Shown here in pieces: positions 42,873 through 51,895 of a stretch of DNA of 64,000 bases. The stretch is taken from NCBI GenBank assembly GCA_965203965.1, contig CBDBDR010000017.1:704001-768000 (forward strand), read 5' to 3'. Positions within the stretch are counted from its first letter, which is position 1; each line of letters begins with the position of its first letter. Below the pieces are notes generated by a model. That model made no database searches. It saw nothing but the letters and a program-made list of their open reading frames with translations, and was not told the DNA's origin. Both the position numbers and the translations under genes were made by a program. This DNA is from Thermodesulfobacteriota bacterium. Lineage in GTDB: Bacteria > Desulfobacterota_D > UBA1144 > Nemesobacterales > JAJCZQ01.

Positions 42873-43310
42873 TTAATAAACGTTTTCAGATTTATCTGAT
42901 TTACATACTTCCCTTATACTGTCTTTAACCAACTTGCCGTCTTCCCATACTCTTTCTCTCACTTTATGACAATTCGTTTTCCTGTCAATACCTTGTGGTG
43001 AAGCTTCAATCCTCCTATAGCCATCCTCACTTTGATAGGCAACTGTCCTACCCTCTCTTACTGCCTCACGTGACGCCTGCGTAGAGACATCTGCAATTGT
43101 GCCCCCAAAAACCGCTCCTAGTGCACTACCTATAGCTGCACCTCTCCAGCGATTTTCTTCATCCAGCAATGCTCCCGCGGCTGCACCCACTGCTGCACCC
43201 ACACCTGCACCCTGACCCACATACTTGGTGCATGATGAAAACAAAAGTAAATAACCTGCTAACAAAACAACAAACACATTCAAATTTACGGCTTTTGACC
43301 TGCCTACCAT
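42873..43310 (-). CDS. Glycine-zipper lipoprotein
   Basis: Lipobox FSSC, GAGVGAAVGAAAGA...GAAIGSALGAVFGG; AGGAGG RBS. Confidence 0.85.
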   Translation of the reverse strand: MVGRSKAVNLNVFVVLLAGYLLLFSSCTKYVGQGAGVGAAVGAAAGALLDEENRWRGAAIGSALGAVFGGTIADVSTQASREAVREGRTVAYQSEDGYRRIEASPQGIDRKTNCHKVRERVWEDGKLVKDSIREVCKSDKSENVY

Positions 43311-43588
43311 TATAGCCTCCTACTAAAATTATTTCTTAAACCAAAGTTTATTTAAAATTCATCTTCAAGACAAGGTTGTAAAAATCATCAATCTTCTGAT
43401 AGAAGCATGATCACTGCGATTAATGCTTTCCCTCCCTCGAGTGATACAGTAATAGTAAGTAAAACCTGCCCGTTTTTGCTCCTGTATCCCACCATCAAAT
43501 TAAAAGTGCAAACGATAACGTTTTTTCGGGAAAAACTATATATAATAGTAACAGAAGTCAATTCACCATAGATGTTTGAGAAACAAAC

Positions 43589-46492
43589 TTGAACAAATTT
43601 CTAAAAACACTCAACAGTAGTTTACTTATTGTCATACTAACTCCGTTGCTTTTGTCACTCTTTTTAATTTCCAGCAGGACCACGACTCATCAGCAGCACG
43701 AAGTATATAATTTCAAGGTACTGTCCTCCGCTCTCAAATATATTGATAAATACTATGTGGATAAAGCAAAAATTGACCCCAATCAGATGGTCATTGACGG
43801 ACTTAATAAGCTGGAAAGAACGATCAATGAAGTCTTAGTAGTTTTTCCCAACCCTGAGAACAGTTCCAATTTCACCATACAGGTAGATAAAAACACAAAA
43901 ACATACAGGGATTTGAAGATCAATGATTGGAAAGATGTTAGTGATATTATGCAGGAAGTTTTCTCATTCATAGTTCCTCATCTGAAAGATGATCGGGTAA
44001 AAACCGTTGATATAGAACACGCAGTTACAGACAAAATGCTCAAAACACTTGATCAATATTCGGGCATTATAACCCCTGAAATTTACAATGAATTTATAAT
44101 AGAGACCGAAGGGAGCTTCAGCGGACTGGGGATAGTGATAGGGGTCAGAGATGGAGATCTTACGGTAATTTCCCCGATTGAAGGCACACCGGCATACAAA
44201 GCCGGGATAAAGCCAAACGACAAAATAGTGCAGATAGAAAATGAATCAACAATCAACATGTCTCTGACTGAAGCAGTGAGTAAGATGAGAGGAAAAAAGG
44301 GAACCGACATAACAATATATATTGAGCGGGACACTTCCACCGAGACAAAAGAATACAGGATAACAAGGGACACAATAAAAATTGAAAGCGTTGAAAACTT
44401 TGACCTCGAAAATGGCATACTCTACCTGAGGATCAGAGACTTTCAGAAAAACACTGTTAAAAGTCTGAAAAATGCAATAAAAGAGAAAAAAGAGAATATA
44501 AGCGGGGTTATACTGGATTTGAGAGAAAATCCTGGAGGACTGCTTGATCAGGCACAAAGAGTGTCTGATATTTTTCTTTCCACTGGAGCTATCGTGACCA
44601 CCAAGGTTGGCAACTCCAGTAAAAGTTATTATGCAAAACCAGACCGCACTGAATTTGAAGGGAAAATCGTTGTGCTTGTGAATTCAGGAAGTGCAAGTGC
44701 CTCTGAAATCGTTGCAGGTGCATTAAAAAATAATCAAAGAGCAATAGTAATTGGTGAAAGGACTTTTGGAAAAGGTTCGGTTCAGCAAATCTTTGAATTG
44801 AAGGATAGATCTGCTTTAAAGCTCACCGTTGCAAGTTACCTGACACCTGGGAACATCTCAATTCAAGACGTGGGAATTACACCCGACATTGCATTGGATC
44901 AAGTGATAATATCAGAAGAAAAAGTGATATACAACAGCTACAAGGAGCAAGACAAAATGGCAAGCGAGCCGTCATACAAGCTCAAATATCTGTATAAATC
45001 ACCATCAGACGCGGAAAAAGACCCCCCTCTCCCCGAGGAAGCAATGACTAAAAAAGAAAAAAAACAGAAATTAAACGACGACTTTGCAGTTCGCCTCGCA
45101 AAAAGCATTATTGAATTCCCAAACACTACAAACAAGAAAGAATCTTTGGAGAAAATCAGACAGGTAATTGATAATTTCGCATCTGAAGAAGAAAGCAATA
45201 TTGAATCTAAATGGAAAGAACTCGGGATAGACTGGTCATTTGGAGACGGTCCCAATCCCAACCCGGAAATACTGTTTGACATACATCCATCAAGTCCGGA
45301 ACTTATAGCGGGGGAAAAAGGGGTGATAACCGTATCGGTAAAAAATAACGGCAGTAGTCCCATTTACAGATTGAGGGCAATAACTGTTTCGGACAACCCT
45401 ATTTTCAACAGTAAAGAGCTAATATACGGAAAACTTACACCGGGTCAATCAAAGAACTGGAACATTAAATTTGATATTCCAAAATGGACTAGCACAAGGA
45501 ACGACAAAATAGATATTAAGCTATTTCAATCAGGAGACGTGGAAATTGAAGGAAGCAATTTTAATATAACCACACTGGCAAAGGATAAGCCTCTCTTCGC
45601 CTACAACTTTGAAATTGTGGATGACGGAAGGTATGGATCAATGGGTAACGGTAATAGCAAACCGGAAAATGGAGAGCATCTATCGGTCGTATTCAATATA
45701 AAAAATATAGGAACTGGAATATCTCCCAAAACCATCGTTACACTCAAAAACCTATCGGGAAGTGCTTTATATCTTGAAAAGGGGAGATTTGAATTTACGG
45801 ACTTAGCTCCCGGGAAAAATACAACGGCTCCCTTTCTTTTTAGAGTCACTGATAATCAAGGTAAAGATGACATAAAATTAGAGATAAATATTCTCGATGA
45901 AGTCTTCAGAAAAGGAATAAAAAGCAACTTACATATTACAAACTCAAATGATAGTAAGAAATTTACCGCTTCTGAAGGCTCGGTAGTCATAGTAGGGAAA
46001 AACCCACAAATCAAAGGAGAAGCCAACAACACGCCGATAATTTACAATACACAAAAAGGCTCAGTATTTGATCTGCTTGGCTACACGGATAAGTATGTAA
46101 AGATCAGACTGTCAGATAAAAGAGCAGGATGGGTATTAAAAAAAGACGTCATTATTAAGAATAAAAAGACCAAAAGAGCAGAAGGTAAATCCGTTATTAG
46201 TGAAATTTTTTATAGCCAACCCGTAATAAATATTGCAAGCACACCTTTAATAACGAACAAAGAAGAGATAAATATCAGTGGTGTCGTCGTTGATAGTGAT
46301 AAAATAGAAAGTATTTCCATTTTTAAGGGAGATGATAAGATCAAGCTTCTTACCCCTGCAAAAAACAATCAAGAGTTTTCATTTAAACCCAAACTGGATA
46401 ATGGCACAAATATTTTCAGCATAGTTGCAAAAGACATAAGTGGCTTATTTTCCAGAAAAACTATTACAATCAGGAAGTCTGATCAATCATAA
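43589..46492 (+). CDS. S41 carboxy-terminal processing protease with PDZ and long C-terminal extension (MXAN_5808-like)
   Basis: GLGIVIG PDZ, LDLRENPGG, SASASEI, RTFGKGSVQ; Ig/CARDB-like tail. Confidence 0.9.
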   Translation: MNKFLKTLNSSLLIVILTPLLLSLFLISSRTTTHQQHEVYNFKVLSSALKYIDKYYVDKAKIDPNQMVIDGLNKLERTINEVLVVFPNPENSSNFTIQVDKNTKTYRDLKINDWKDVSDIMQEVFSFIVPHLKDDRVKTVDIEHAVTDKMLKTLDQYSGIITPEIYNEFIIETEGSFSGLGIVIGVRDGDLTVISPIEGTPAYKAGIKPNDKIVQIENESTINMSLTEAVSKMRGKKGTDITIYIERDTSTETKEYRITRDTIKIESVENFDLENGILYLRIRDFQKNTVKSLKNAIKEKKENISGVILDLRENPGGLLDQAQRVSDIFLSTGAIVTTKVGNSSKSYYAKPDRTEFEGKIVVLVNSGSASASEIVAGALKNNQRAIVIGERTFGKGSVQQIFELKDRSALKLTVASYLTPGNISIQDVGITPDIALDQVIISEEKVIYNSYKEQDKMASEPSYKLKYLYKSPSDAEKDPPLPEEAMTKKEKKQKLNDDFAVRLAKSIIEFPNTTNKKESLEKIRQVIDNFASEEESNIESKWKELGIDWSFGDGPNPNPEILFDIHPSSPELIAGEKGVITVSVKNNGSSPIYRLRAITVSDNPIFNSKELIYGKLTPGQSKNWNIKFDIPKWTSTRNDKIDIKLFQSGDVEIEGSNFNITTLAKDKPLFAYNFEIVDDGRYGSMGNGNSKPENGEHLSVVFNIKNIGTGISPKTIVTLKNLSGSALYLEKGRFEFTDLAPGKNTTAPFLFRVTDNQGKDDIKLEINILDEVFRKGIKSNLHITNSNDSKKFTASEGSVVIVGKNPQIKGEANNTPIIYNTQKGSVFDLLGYTDKYVKIRLSDKRAGWVLKKDVIIKNKKTKRAEGKSVISEIFYSQPVINIASTPLITNKEEINISGVVVDSDKIESISIFKGDDKIKLLTPAKNNQEFSFKPKLDNGTNIFSIVAKDISGLFSRKTITIRKSDQS

Positions 46493-46498
46493 CGTTGA

Positions 46499-47425
46499 AT
46501 GATTAAACTCACTATTCTTCGTTTTGCAACTGGAATAATTGTTATACTGATCGTGATAAGTATCACGTTTGTTTTGTTGCGAATTCTACCCGGAGGTCCG
46601 TTTGACAATGAAAAGCAGGTTCCTCCTGCTATAATGAAAAATCTCGAAAAAAAATACAGACTCGATGAACCAATCTGGAAACAGTACGCAATTTACATTA
46701 ATAATCTCCTGAGAGGAGACTTCGGTCCGTCGTACAAATACTTGAACAGATCCGCAAATGATATAGTTAGAAAAACCTTTCCTATATCTATTCAGCTCGG
46801 ACTTGCCGCACTACTTATATCAATCACACTGGGTATATCTCTTGGTATTGTCTCTTCATTATCGCCGGGGAATTTTCTGGACATTTCCACAGCAGTTACG
46901 TCCATTTCTCTCGTTTCTGTCCCAAACTTTGTCATAGGTGCTGTCCTAATTCACGTATTCTCTATAAAACTGGGCTGGCTGCCAGCTGCTTTATGGGGTA
47001 AGCCCGAAAACTACATACTTCCCGCCTTGACTTTAGCATCCGGTTCCACTGCTTACATAGCAAGATTGGTAAGAGCCAATATGATTGAAACGTCAAAAGA
47101 ACTTTATATCAGAACCGCAAAAGCAAAGGGACTTAACAGGTTAAGGATTGTCTTGAAGCATGCTTTGAAAAACGCATTGATCCCGGTCGTTACGGTTCTC
47201 GGACCCGTTTCTGCCTATCTTGTAACGGGGTCATTTGTTGTTGAGCATATATTTGCTATACCGGGTATGGGACGCTTTTTTGTTCTTGCAGTGTCAAATA
47301 GGGATTACTCCGTGGTGCTTGCAATCACAATCATTTACACCGTTATACTTGTAATTGCCAATCTGATTGTGGACGTTTTATACTCTTGGCTGGATCCAAG
47401 GATAAGCTATGAAAGCAAGTCATGA
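46499..47425 (+). CDS. oppB: Oligopeptide ABC transporter permease
   Basis: PGGPFD, GDFGPSY, YIRTAKAKGL, VEHIFAIPGMG, LDPRI. Confidence 0.9.
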   Translation: MIKLTILRFATGIIVILIVISITFVLLRILPGGPFDNEKQVPPAIMKNLEKKYRLDEPIWKQYAIYINNLLRGDFGPSYKYLNRSANDIVRKTFPISIQLGLAALLISITLGISLGIVSSLSPGNFLDISTAVTSISLVSVPNFVIGAVLIHVFSIKLGWLPAALWGKPENYILPALTLASGSTAYIARLVRANMIETSKELYIRTAKAKGLNRLRIVLKHALKNALIPVVTVLGPVSAYLVTGSFVVEHIFAIPGMGRFFVLAVSNRDYSVVLAITIIYTVILVIANLIVDVLYSWLDPRISYESKS

Positions 47426-48156
47426 AAAATATAAAGCTGACCATTGAATACGACGGCACGTCATACAGTGGTTGGCAAAAGCAGCCGGGGAGAAAAACAG
47501 TTCAGAAGGAAATAGAAAACGCAATTTCTAAGATCACGAAAGAAAAATCCATTTTATTTGGGTCGGGAAGAACTGATTCCGGTGTTCATGCACTCGGGCA
47601 AACTGCCAACTTTAAAACTAATTCCAATTTAACCTCCACTCAGATCCAAAAAGCATTGAATGCCGAGTTGTCAAATGATATATCCGTTATCAATGTGAAA
47701 GAAGTCCCGAATATTTTCCATTCCCAGTTCAGCTCAAAAAGCAAAGTATACCTTTATAAGATGCTGAACAGGGATTACAGATCAGCCCATATAAATGGGA
47801 AAGTATGGCTTGTGGAACAGTCGCTCAATATGGAAAATATGAAACACGCGTCAGAATACCTCGTTGGAAAGCATGACTTTAAGGTTTTTGCACACTCTGG
47901 TGTAACGGTCAAGTCCACGGTCAGAACCATTAAGAATACAAAGCTCATCAGAAAAAAAGATATTATCAGTTTTGAAATTGAAGCGGATGGATTTCTGAAA
48001 AGAATGGTAAGGATGATAATAGGAACGCTTGTAAATGTTGGAAAAGAGAAAATCACTCCTGAAGACTTTAAGCATATCCTATACAGTGGTCAAAAAAACA
48101 AATACATCTATACTGCTCCATCACGAGGGCTTTTCTTAAAAAAAGTAAAATACTAA
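47422..48156 (+). CDS. truA: tRNA pseudouridine(38-40) synthase
   Basis: YDGTSYSGWQ, GRTDSGVHA, FLKRMVR. Confidence 0.97.
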   Translation: MKNIKLTIEYDGTSYSGWQKQPGRKTVQKEIENAISKITKEKSILFGSGRTDSGVHALGQTANFKTNSNLTSTQIQKALNAELSNDISVINVKEVPNIFHSQFSSKSKVYLYKMLNRDYRSAHINGKVWLVEQSLNMENMKHASEYLVGKHDFKVFAHSGVTVKSTVRTIKNTKLIRKKDIISFEIEADGFLKRMVRMIIGTLVNVGKEKITPEDFKHILYSGQKNKYIYTAPSRGLFLKKVKY

Positions 48157-48175
48157 TGGAGTAAAAGAGTGAATT

Positions 48176-48949
48176 ATGAAAGTAGCAAGATTTCTAGACG
48201 ACAATAGCAAGGGAAAAACCGGGATATTGGAAAACGGAAAGATCAGGGAAATCAGCGGTGATGTATATTCCAAATACAGGGAAAATGGAAAAGTTTATGA
48301 TATTGATAGTGTAAAGATACTGCCTCCTTGCGAACCGACTAAAATAATTGCAGTCGGACTTAACTACAGAGATCATGCAGACGAGATGAAAAGACAACTA
48401 CCTCAAGAACCAATGCTGTTTATGAAGCCGAGTACAGCCATAATTTCTCATAAGGAAGACATAGTTTATCCCGAACATATGTCTAAAAGAGTGGATTATG
48501 AAGGGGAGCTTGCAGTTATAATCGGCAAAAAAGCTCAGATGATAGAAGAATCGGACGCGGAAAACCATATATTCGGCTACACATGTATAAACGACGTAAC
48601 GGCAAGAGACCTTCAGGTAAAGGATATTCAGTTTACAAGGGGCAAGGGGTTTGATACGTTTGCGCCGATTGGACCGTGTATAGAAACCGACCTGAACCAT
48701 GCCAACCTCAACATAAAAACCATCCTAAACGGAAAAATCAGACAAAATTCAAATACAGGTAATTTAATTTTTAAAGTTAGCAAACTTGTCAGCTTTATTT
48801 CAAAAGTAATGACTTTATTGCCGGGGGATATAATAGCAACCGGCACTCCAGGTGGAATCGGTTCAATAGTGCCTGGGGATAAAATACAGGTTGATATAGA
48901 AGGTATCGGCACTTTAGCCAACTTCGTTGTTAGACCTAACCGGAATTAA
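48176..48949 (+). CDS. Fumarylacetoacetate hydrolase family protein
   Basis: GLNYRDH, DYEGEL, NDVTARDLQ, GKGFDTF, TGTPGG. Confidence 0.93.
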   Translation: MKVARFLDDNSKGKTGILENGKIREISGDVYSKYRENGKVYDIDSVKILPPCEPTKIIAVGLNYRDHADEMKRQLPQEPMLFMKPSTAIISHKEDIVYPEHMSKRVDYEGELAVIIGKKAQMIEESDAENHIFGYTCINDVTARDLQVKDIQFTRGKGFDTFAPIGPCIETDLNHANLNIKTILNGKIRQNSNTGNLIFKVSKLVSFISKVMTLLPGDIIATGTPGGIGSIVPGDKIQVDIEGIGTLANFVVRPNRN

Positions 48950-50711
48950 GTATTGCCATTGCTTGCTGATCATCAGGATCAATCAGACCATACTTCAGCG
49001 CCTTTTTGGCGTGCTTTTTTGCATTCTCAAACTCGCCTAATTCAAAGTATATTCTGGCAGCACCCAAATGTCCTTTGGCATAATTTTTCTTAACTCTTAT
49101 TGATTTCAGAAAATAGGTTTTTGATCTTTCTAACACATCCCTGGATCGTCTTTGTTTACCCACTGAATGATAAATTACTCCAAGATGATAGTACGATTTG
49201 TGAAATCTTTTATCCTCCTTTATCGCATCCAGAAAGGCCTCATGGGCTTTTTGTATCTGTCCTTGCTTCATATAACCAATACCAAGATTGTTCAAAGCAA
49301 TTGATCTGATCATACTTGATGATTTCATATCGTCCTTGAGCCCTCTCCTCAGCACTTTAGCACCTTCATCCAATTTACCGTCATCAATAAGAGCCATACC
49401 GTAATTGACAAGAGGAACTGAACTGTTTGTATCTTTTGCCGCATCTGCCCAAAATGTAACCCTGTTCTTCCATACCGATTGCCTGTGCACCATAAATCCA
49501 CCGAGAATAAAAATTACCAAAACAAACAAGAAAATAGATGCAGATGACAGATTATATTTTTTCGCACAACCCAATTTGTAAAATCCAAATGCAACTAACA
49601 AAGAAAACGGTGCAATAGGCAAATATAAATATCTTTCCGCCAGTGGAGTGGTAGCCACTTGAGTAACGGCAATAAGCGCTGAAGGTCCCAGGGTCAAGAG
49701 AATCCATAAAAGACAGAATCCCTTAAAACCGGTTTTTTTTGTATAAGAATACAGAAATAGATAGCCAATCATTAAAAAACTTAGCAGAGAGCTTATAAGA
49801 TATATAGGGTGTTTTGGAATGTTACTTATAAAGGCACTAAACCAGAAAGGAATCAGTAATTTATAAAAATAGAAAAAATATGTAGCAAAAAGTGCTTTGA
49901 TGGACAATAGATAATTAGCGACACTTCCAGCGCCACCTTCAATTTTTATCTCACTGGAGAAATCAGGTATTATCTTTGTCCCACCTTTTGATCTTAAAAA
50001 CATGTATATCGTGAAAAAAACAATGTATACTGCAAATCTGGTCAAAGATGCTTTTGTAATTTTCCTGTCAGCTATAAGATCACACGCAATCACCACAAAT
50101 GGAAAGGCAAGTGCAAGTTCCTTTGAAAGCATGGAAATGTAGAACAAAAGGCACGTAAAGAAAATAAAATAGCTTCTCCTATATGATACTAAATGGCTAA
50201 TAAACGCCGCGAAAAAGAATAGGCTACACAAAATATCTGTCCTGCCTGCAATCCATGAAACCGACTCAACGTGCATTGGATGAACAACAAATATCAAGGA
50301 TGCGGCAAAGGCAATTATCTCTTTTCCTTCTATACCAAATCGTTTAAGAACAAGTAGGTAAAGAAAAAAAACCAAAATTGAAGTTATAGAATTTAAAATA
50401 AGGTTTGTTAAATGAAAACCAAAAGGTTCTTCCTGCCATATTTTATAGTCATTGGCAAAAGTAAGATGAACCGTAGGCCTGTAGTATCCAGAGCTTTTTT
50501 TTTCTCTCTTCTCCGGAAATATAGAGTCGAAAATACTGAACCTCTCTAATTGGAAATAGCTCTTTTTTATTATAATCACATCATCCCATACAAAATCATG
50601 CTTCAAGGAAGGCAGGTATAACAGAAAAGAAATAATAAGTATTATAAATGCTGCAATGTATTTATTTTGTATGATACGGGAACGTAGTAGTAAATTGTGA
50701 AAATTCTGCAT
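48936..50711 (-). CDS. TMTC-like multi-TM GT-C glycosyltransferase with C-terminal TPRs
   Basis: FVWDD, YYRP, FHLTN, HPMHVESVSWIAGR, AERYLYLP, TPR tail. Confidence 0.85.
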   Translation of the reverse strand: MQNFHNLLLRSRIIQNKYIAAFIILIISFLLYLPSLKHDFVWDDVIIIKKSYFQLERFSIFDSIFPEKREKKSSGYYRPTVHLTFANDYKIWQEEPFGFHLTNLILNSITSILVFFLYLLVLKRFGIEGKEIIAFAASLIFVVHPMHVESVSWIAGRTDILCSLFFFAAFISHLVSYRRSYFIFFTCLLFYISMLSKELALAFPFVVIACDLIADRKITKASLTRFAVYIVFFTIYMFLRSKGGTKIIPDFSSEIKIEGGAGSVANYLLSIKALFATYFFYFYKLLIPFWFSAFISNIPKHPIYLISSLLSFLMIGYLFLYSYTKKTGFKGFCLLWILLTLGPSALIAVTQVATTPLAERYLYLPIAPFSLLVAFGFYKLGCAKKYNLSSASIFLFVLVIFILGGFMVHRQSVWKNRVTFWADAAKDTNSSVPLVNYGMALIDDGKLDEGAKVLRRGLKDDMKSSSMIRSIALNNLGIGYMKQGQIQKAHEAFLDAIKEDKRFHKSYYHLGVIYHSVGKQRRSRDVLERSKTYFLKSIRVKKNYAKGHLGAARIYFELGEFENAKKHAKKALKYGLIDPDDQQAMAILNSG

Positions 50712-50751
50712 TTGGTTAAAAACGTAGTAGTAGGTTGTGAAGATTCTGTAT
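50681..50751. repeat. 31-bp direct repeat with 40-bp period (27/31 identical)
   Basis: aacgtagtagtaaattgtgaaaattctgcat (50681-50711) vs aacgtagtagtaggttgtgaagattctgtat (50721-50751). Confidence 0.85.
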
Positions 50752-50815
50752 CAGTGAAACTTTAATTAATTCCAGTTAAATTACAACATTACTGAATTTA
50801 ACAGAGGATAGTAAA

Positions 50816-51883
50816 ATGCCAAAAATACTGATGATACCGGGCGATGGAATTGGGGTTGAGGTAATGGGAGTCAGTCTGGAAGTTTTAAGGGCTACAGAAA
50901 GAAAATACAACCTGAAATTTGATATTGAGCATGAGCTTTTTGGTGGAAGTTCAATTGACAAACACGGTTTGCCCGTTACTGAAGCCGTAATTGACAAAGC
51001 AAAAAACGCAGATGCGGTTCTGCTCGGTGCGGTGGGCGGATCAAAATGGGAAAAAATTGAACATCACTTGAAACCTGAGAGTGGTTTGCTAAAACTCAGG
51101 CGGGAGCTCAACACGTTTGCAAATCTACGGCCTGCCATCGTTTATAACGCTCTTGCCAATGCATCAAGTCTGAAAAAAGATATTGTGCAAGACGTAGACA
51201 TAATGGTAGTAAGAGAGTTAACAGGGGGCATATATTTTGGAGAACCGAGAGGGATAAAAAATATAAACGGTGAAGATCTGGGTATAAATACCCTTCGCTA
51301 CACAACATCGGAGATCATAAGAGTTGCAAGGGTAGCTTTTCAAGTTGCAGAGAAAAGAAAAAAGAAAGTCACATCAATAGATAAATCAAACGTGTTGGAA
51401 TCAATGGTGTTGTGGCGAGACACAGTAACGGATCTGCACAATACTGAATTTCCACATATTAATCTTGACCACCTTTACGTTGACAATGCAGCAATGCAGT
51501 TGATAAGAAGACCTAAAACCTTTGATGTAATACTTGCGGGAAATATGTTTGGGGACATTATCAGTGATGAAGCAGCACAGCTTACCGGATCACTTGGTAT
51601 GCTGCCTTCGGCAAGTATTGGAAATAAAGGTGCAATTTATGAACCGGTTCATGGAAGCGCTCCAGACATTGCAGGCAAAAACATAGCCAATCCAATAGCC
51701 TCAATTCTATCACTTTCAATGATGCTCAAGTATTCGTTCAATCTGGAAGCAGAATCAAACAACATTGAAGAAGCAATAAGAAGAGCCTTGAATAAAGGCT
51801 ACAGAACTGCTGATATTTATGAAGAAGGCACGAATAAGGTCGGATGCAGGGAAATGGGCGAGATAATAATCAGAGAACTTTAG
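50816..51883 (+). CDS. leuB: 3-isopropylmalate dehydrogenase
   Basis: PGDGIG, ANLRP, NMFGDIISD, EPVHGSAPDIAGKNIANP. Confidence 0.97.
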   Translation: MPKILMIPGDGIGVEVMGVSLEVLRATERKYNLKFDIEHELFGGSSIDKHGLPVTEAVIDKAKNADAVLLGAVGGSKWEKIEHHLKPESGLLKLRRELNTFANLRPAIVYNALANASSLKKDIVQDVDIMVVRELTGGIYFGEPRGIKNINGEDLGINTLRYTTSEIIRVARVAFQVAEKRKKKVTSIDKSNVLESMVLWRDTVTDLHNTEFPHINLDHLYVDNAAMQLIRRPKTFDVILAGNMFGDIISDEAAQLTGSLGMLPSASIGNKGAIYEPVHGSAPDIAGKNIANPIASILSLSMMLKYSFNLEAESNNIEEAIRRALNKGYRTADIYEEGTNKVGCREMGEIIIREL

Positions 51884-51895
51884 TAAGCTATTGTT

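Noticed and set aside
43385..43500. 35-aa minus-strand sORF (MVGYRSKNGQ...) upstream of the glycine-zipper gene
   Set aside because: No RBS or motif; consistent with chance in a divergent promoter region.
50721..50815. Leucine attenuator for leuB
   Set aside because: The CTA-CTA-CTA run is on the strand opposite leuB, and no terminator hairpin precedes leuB.
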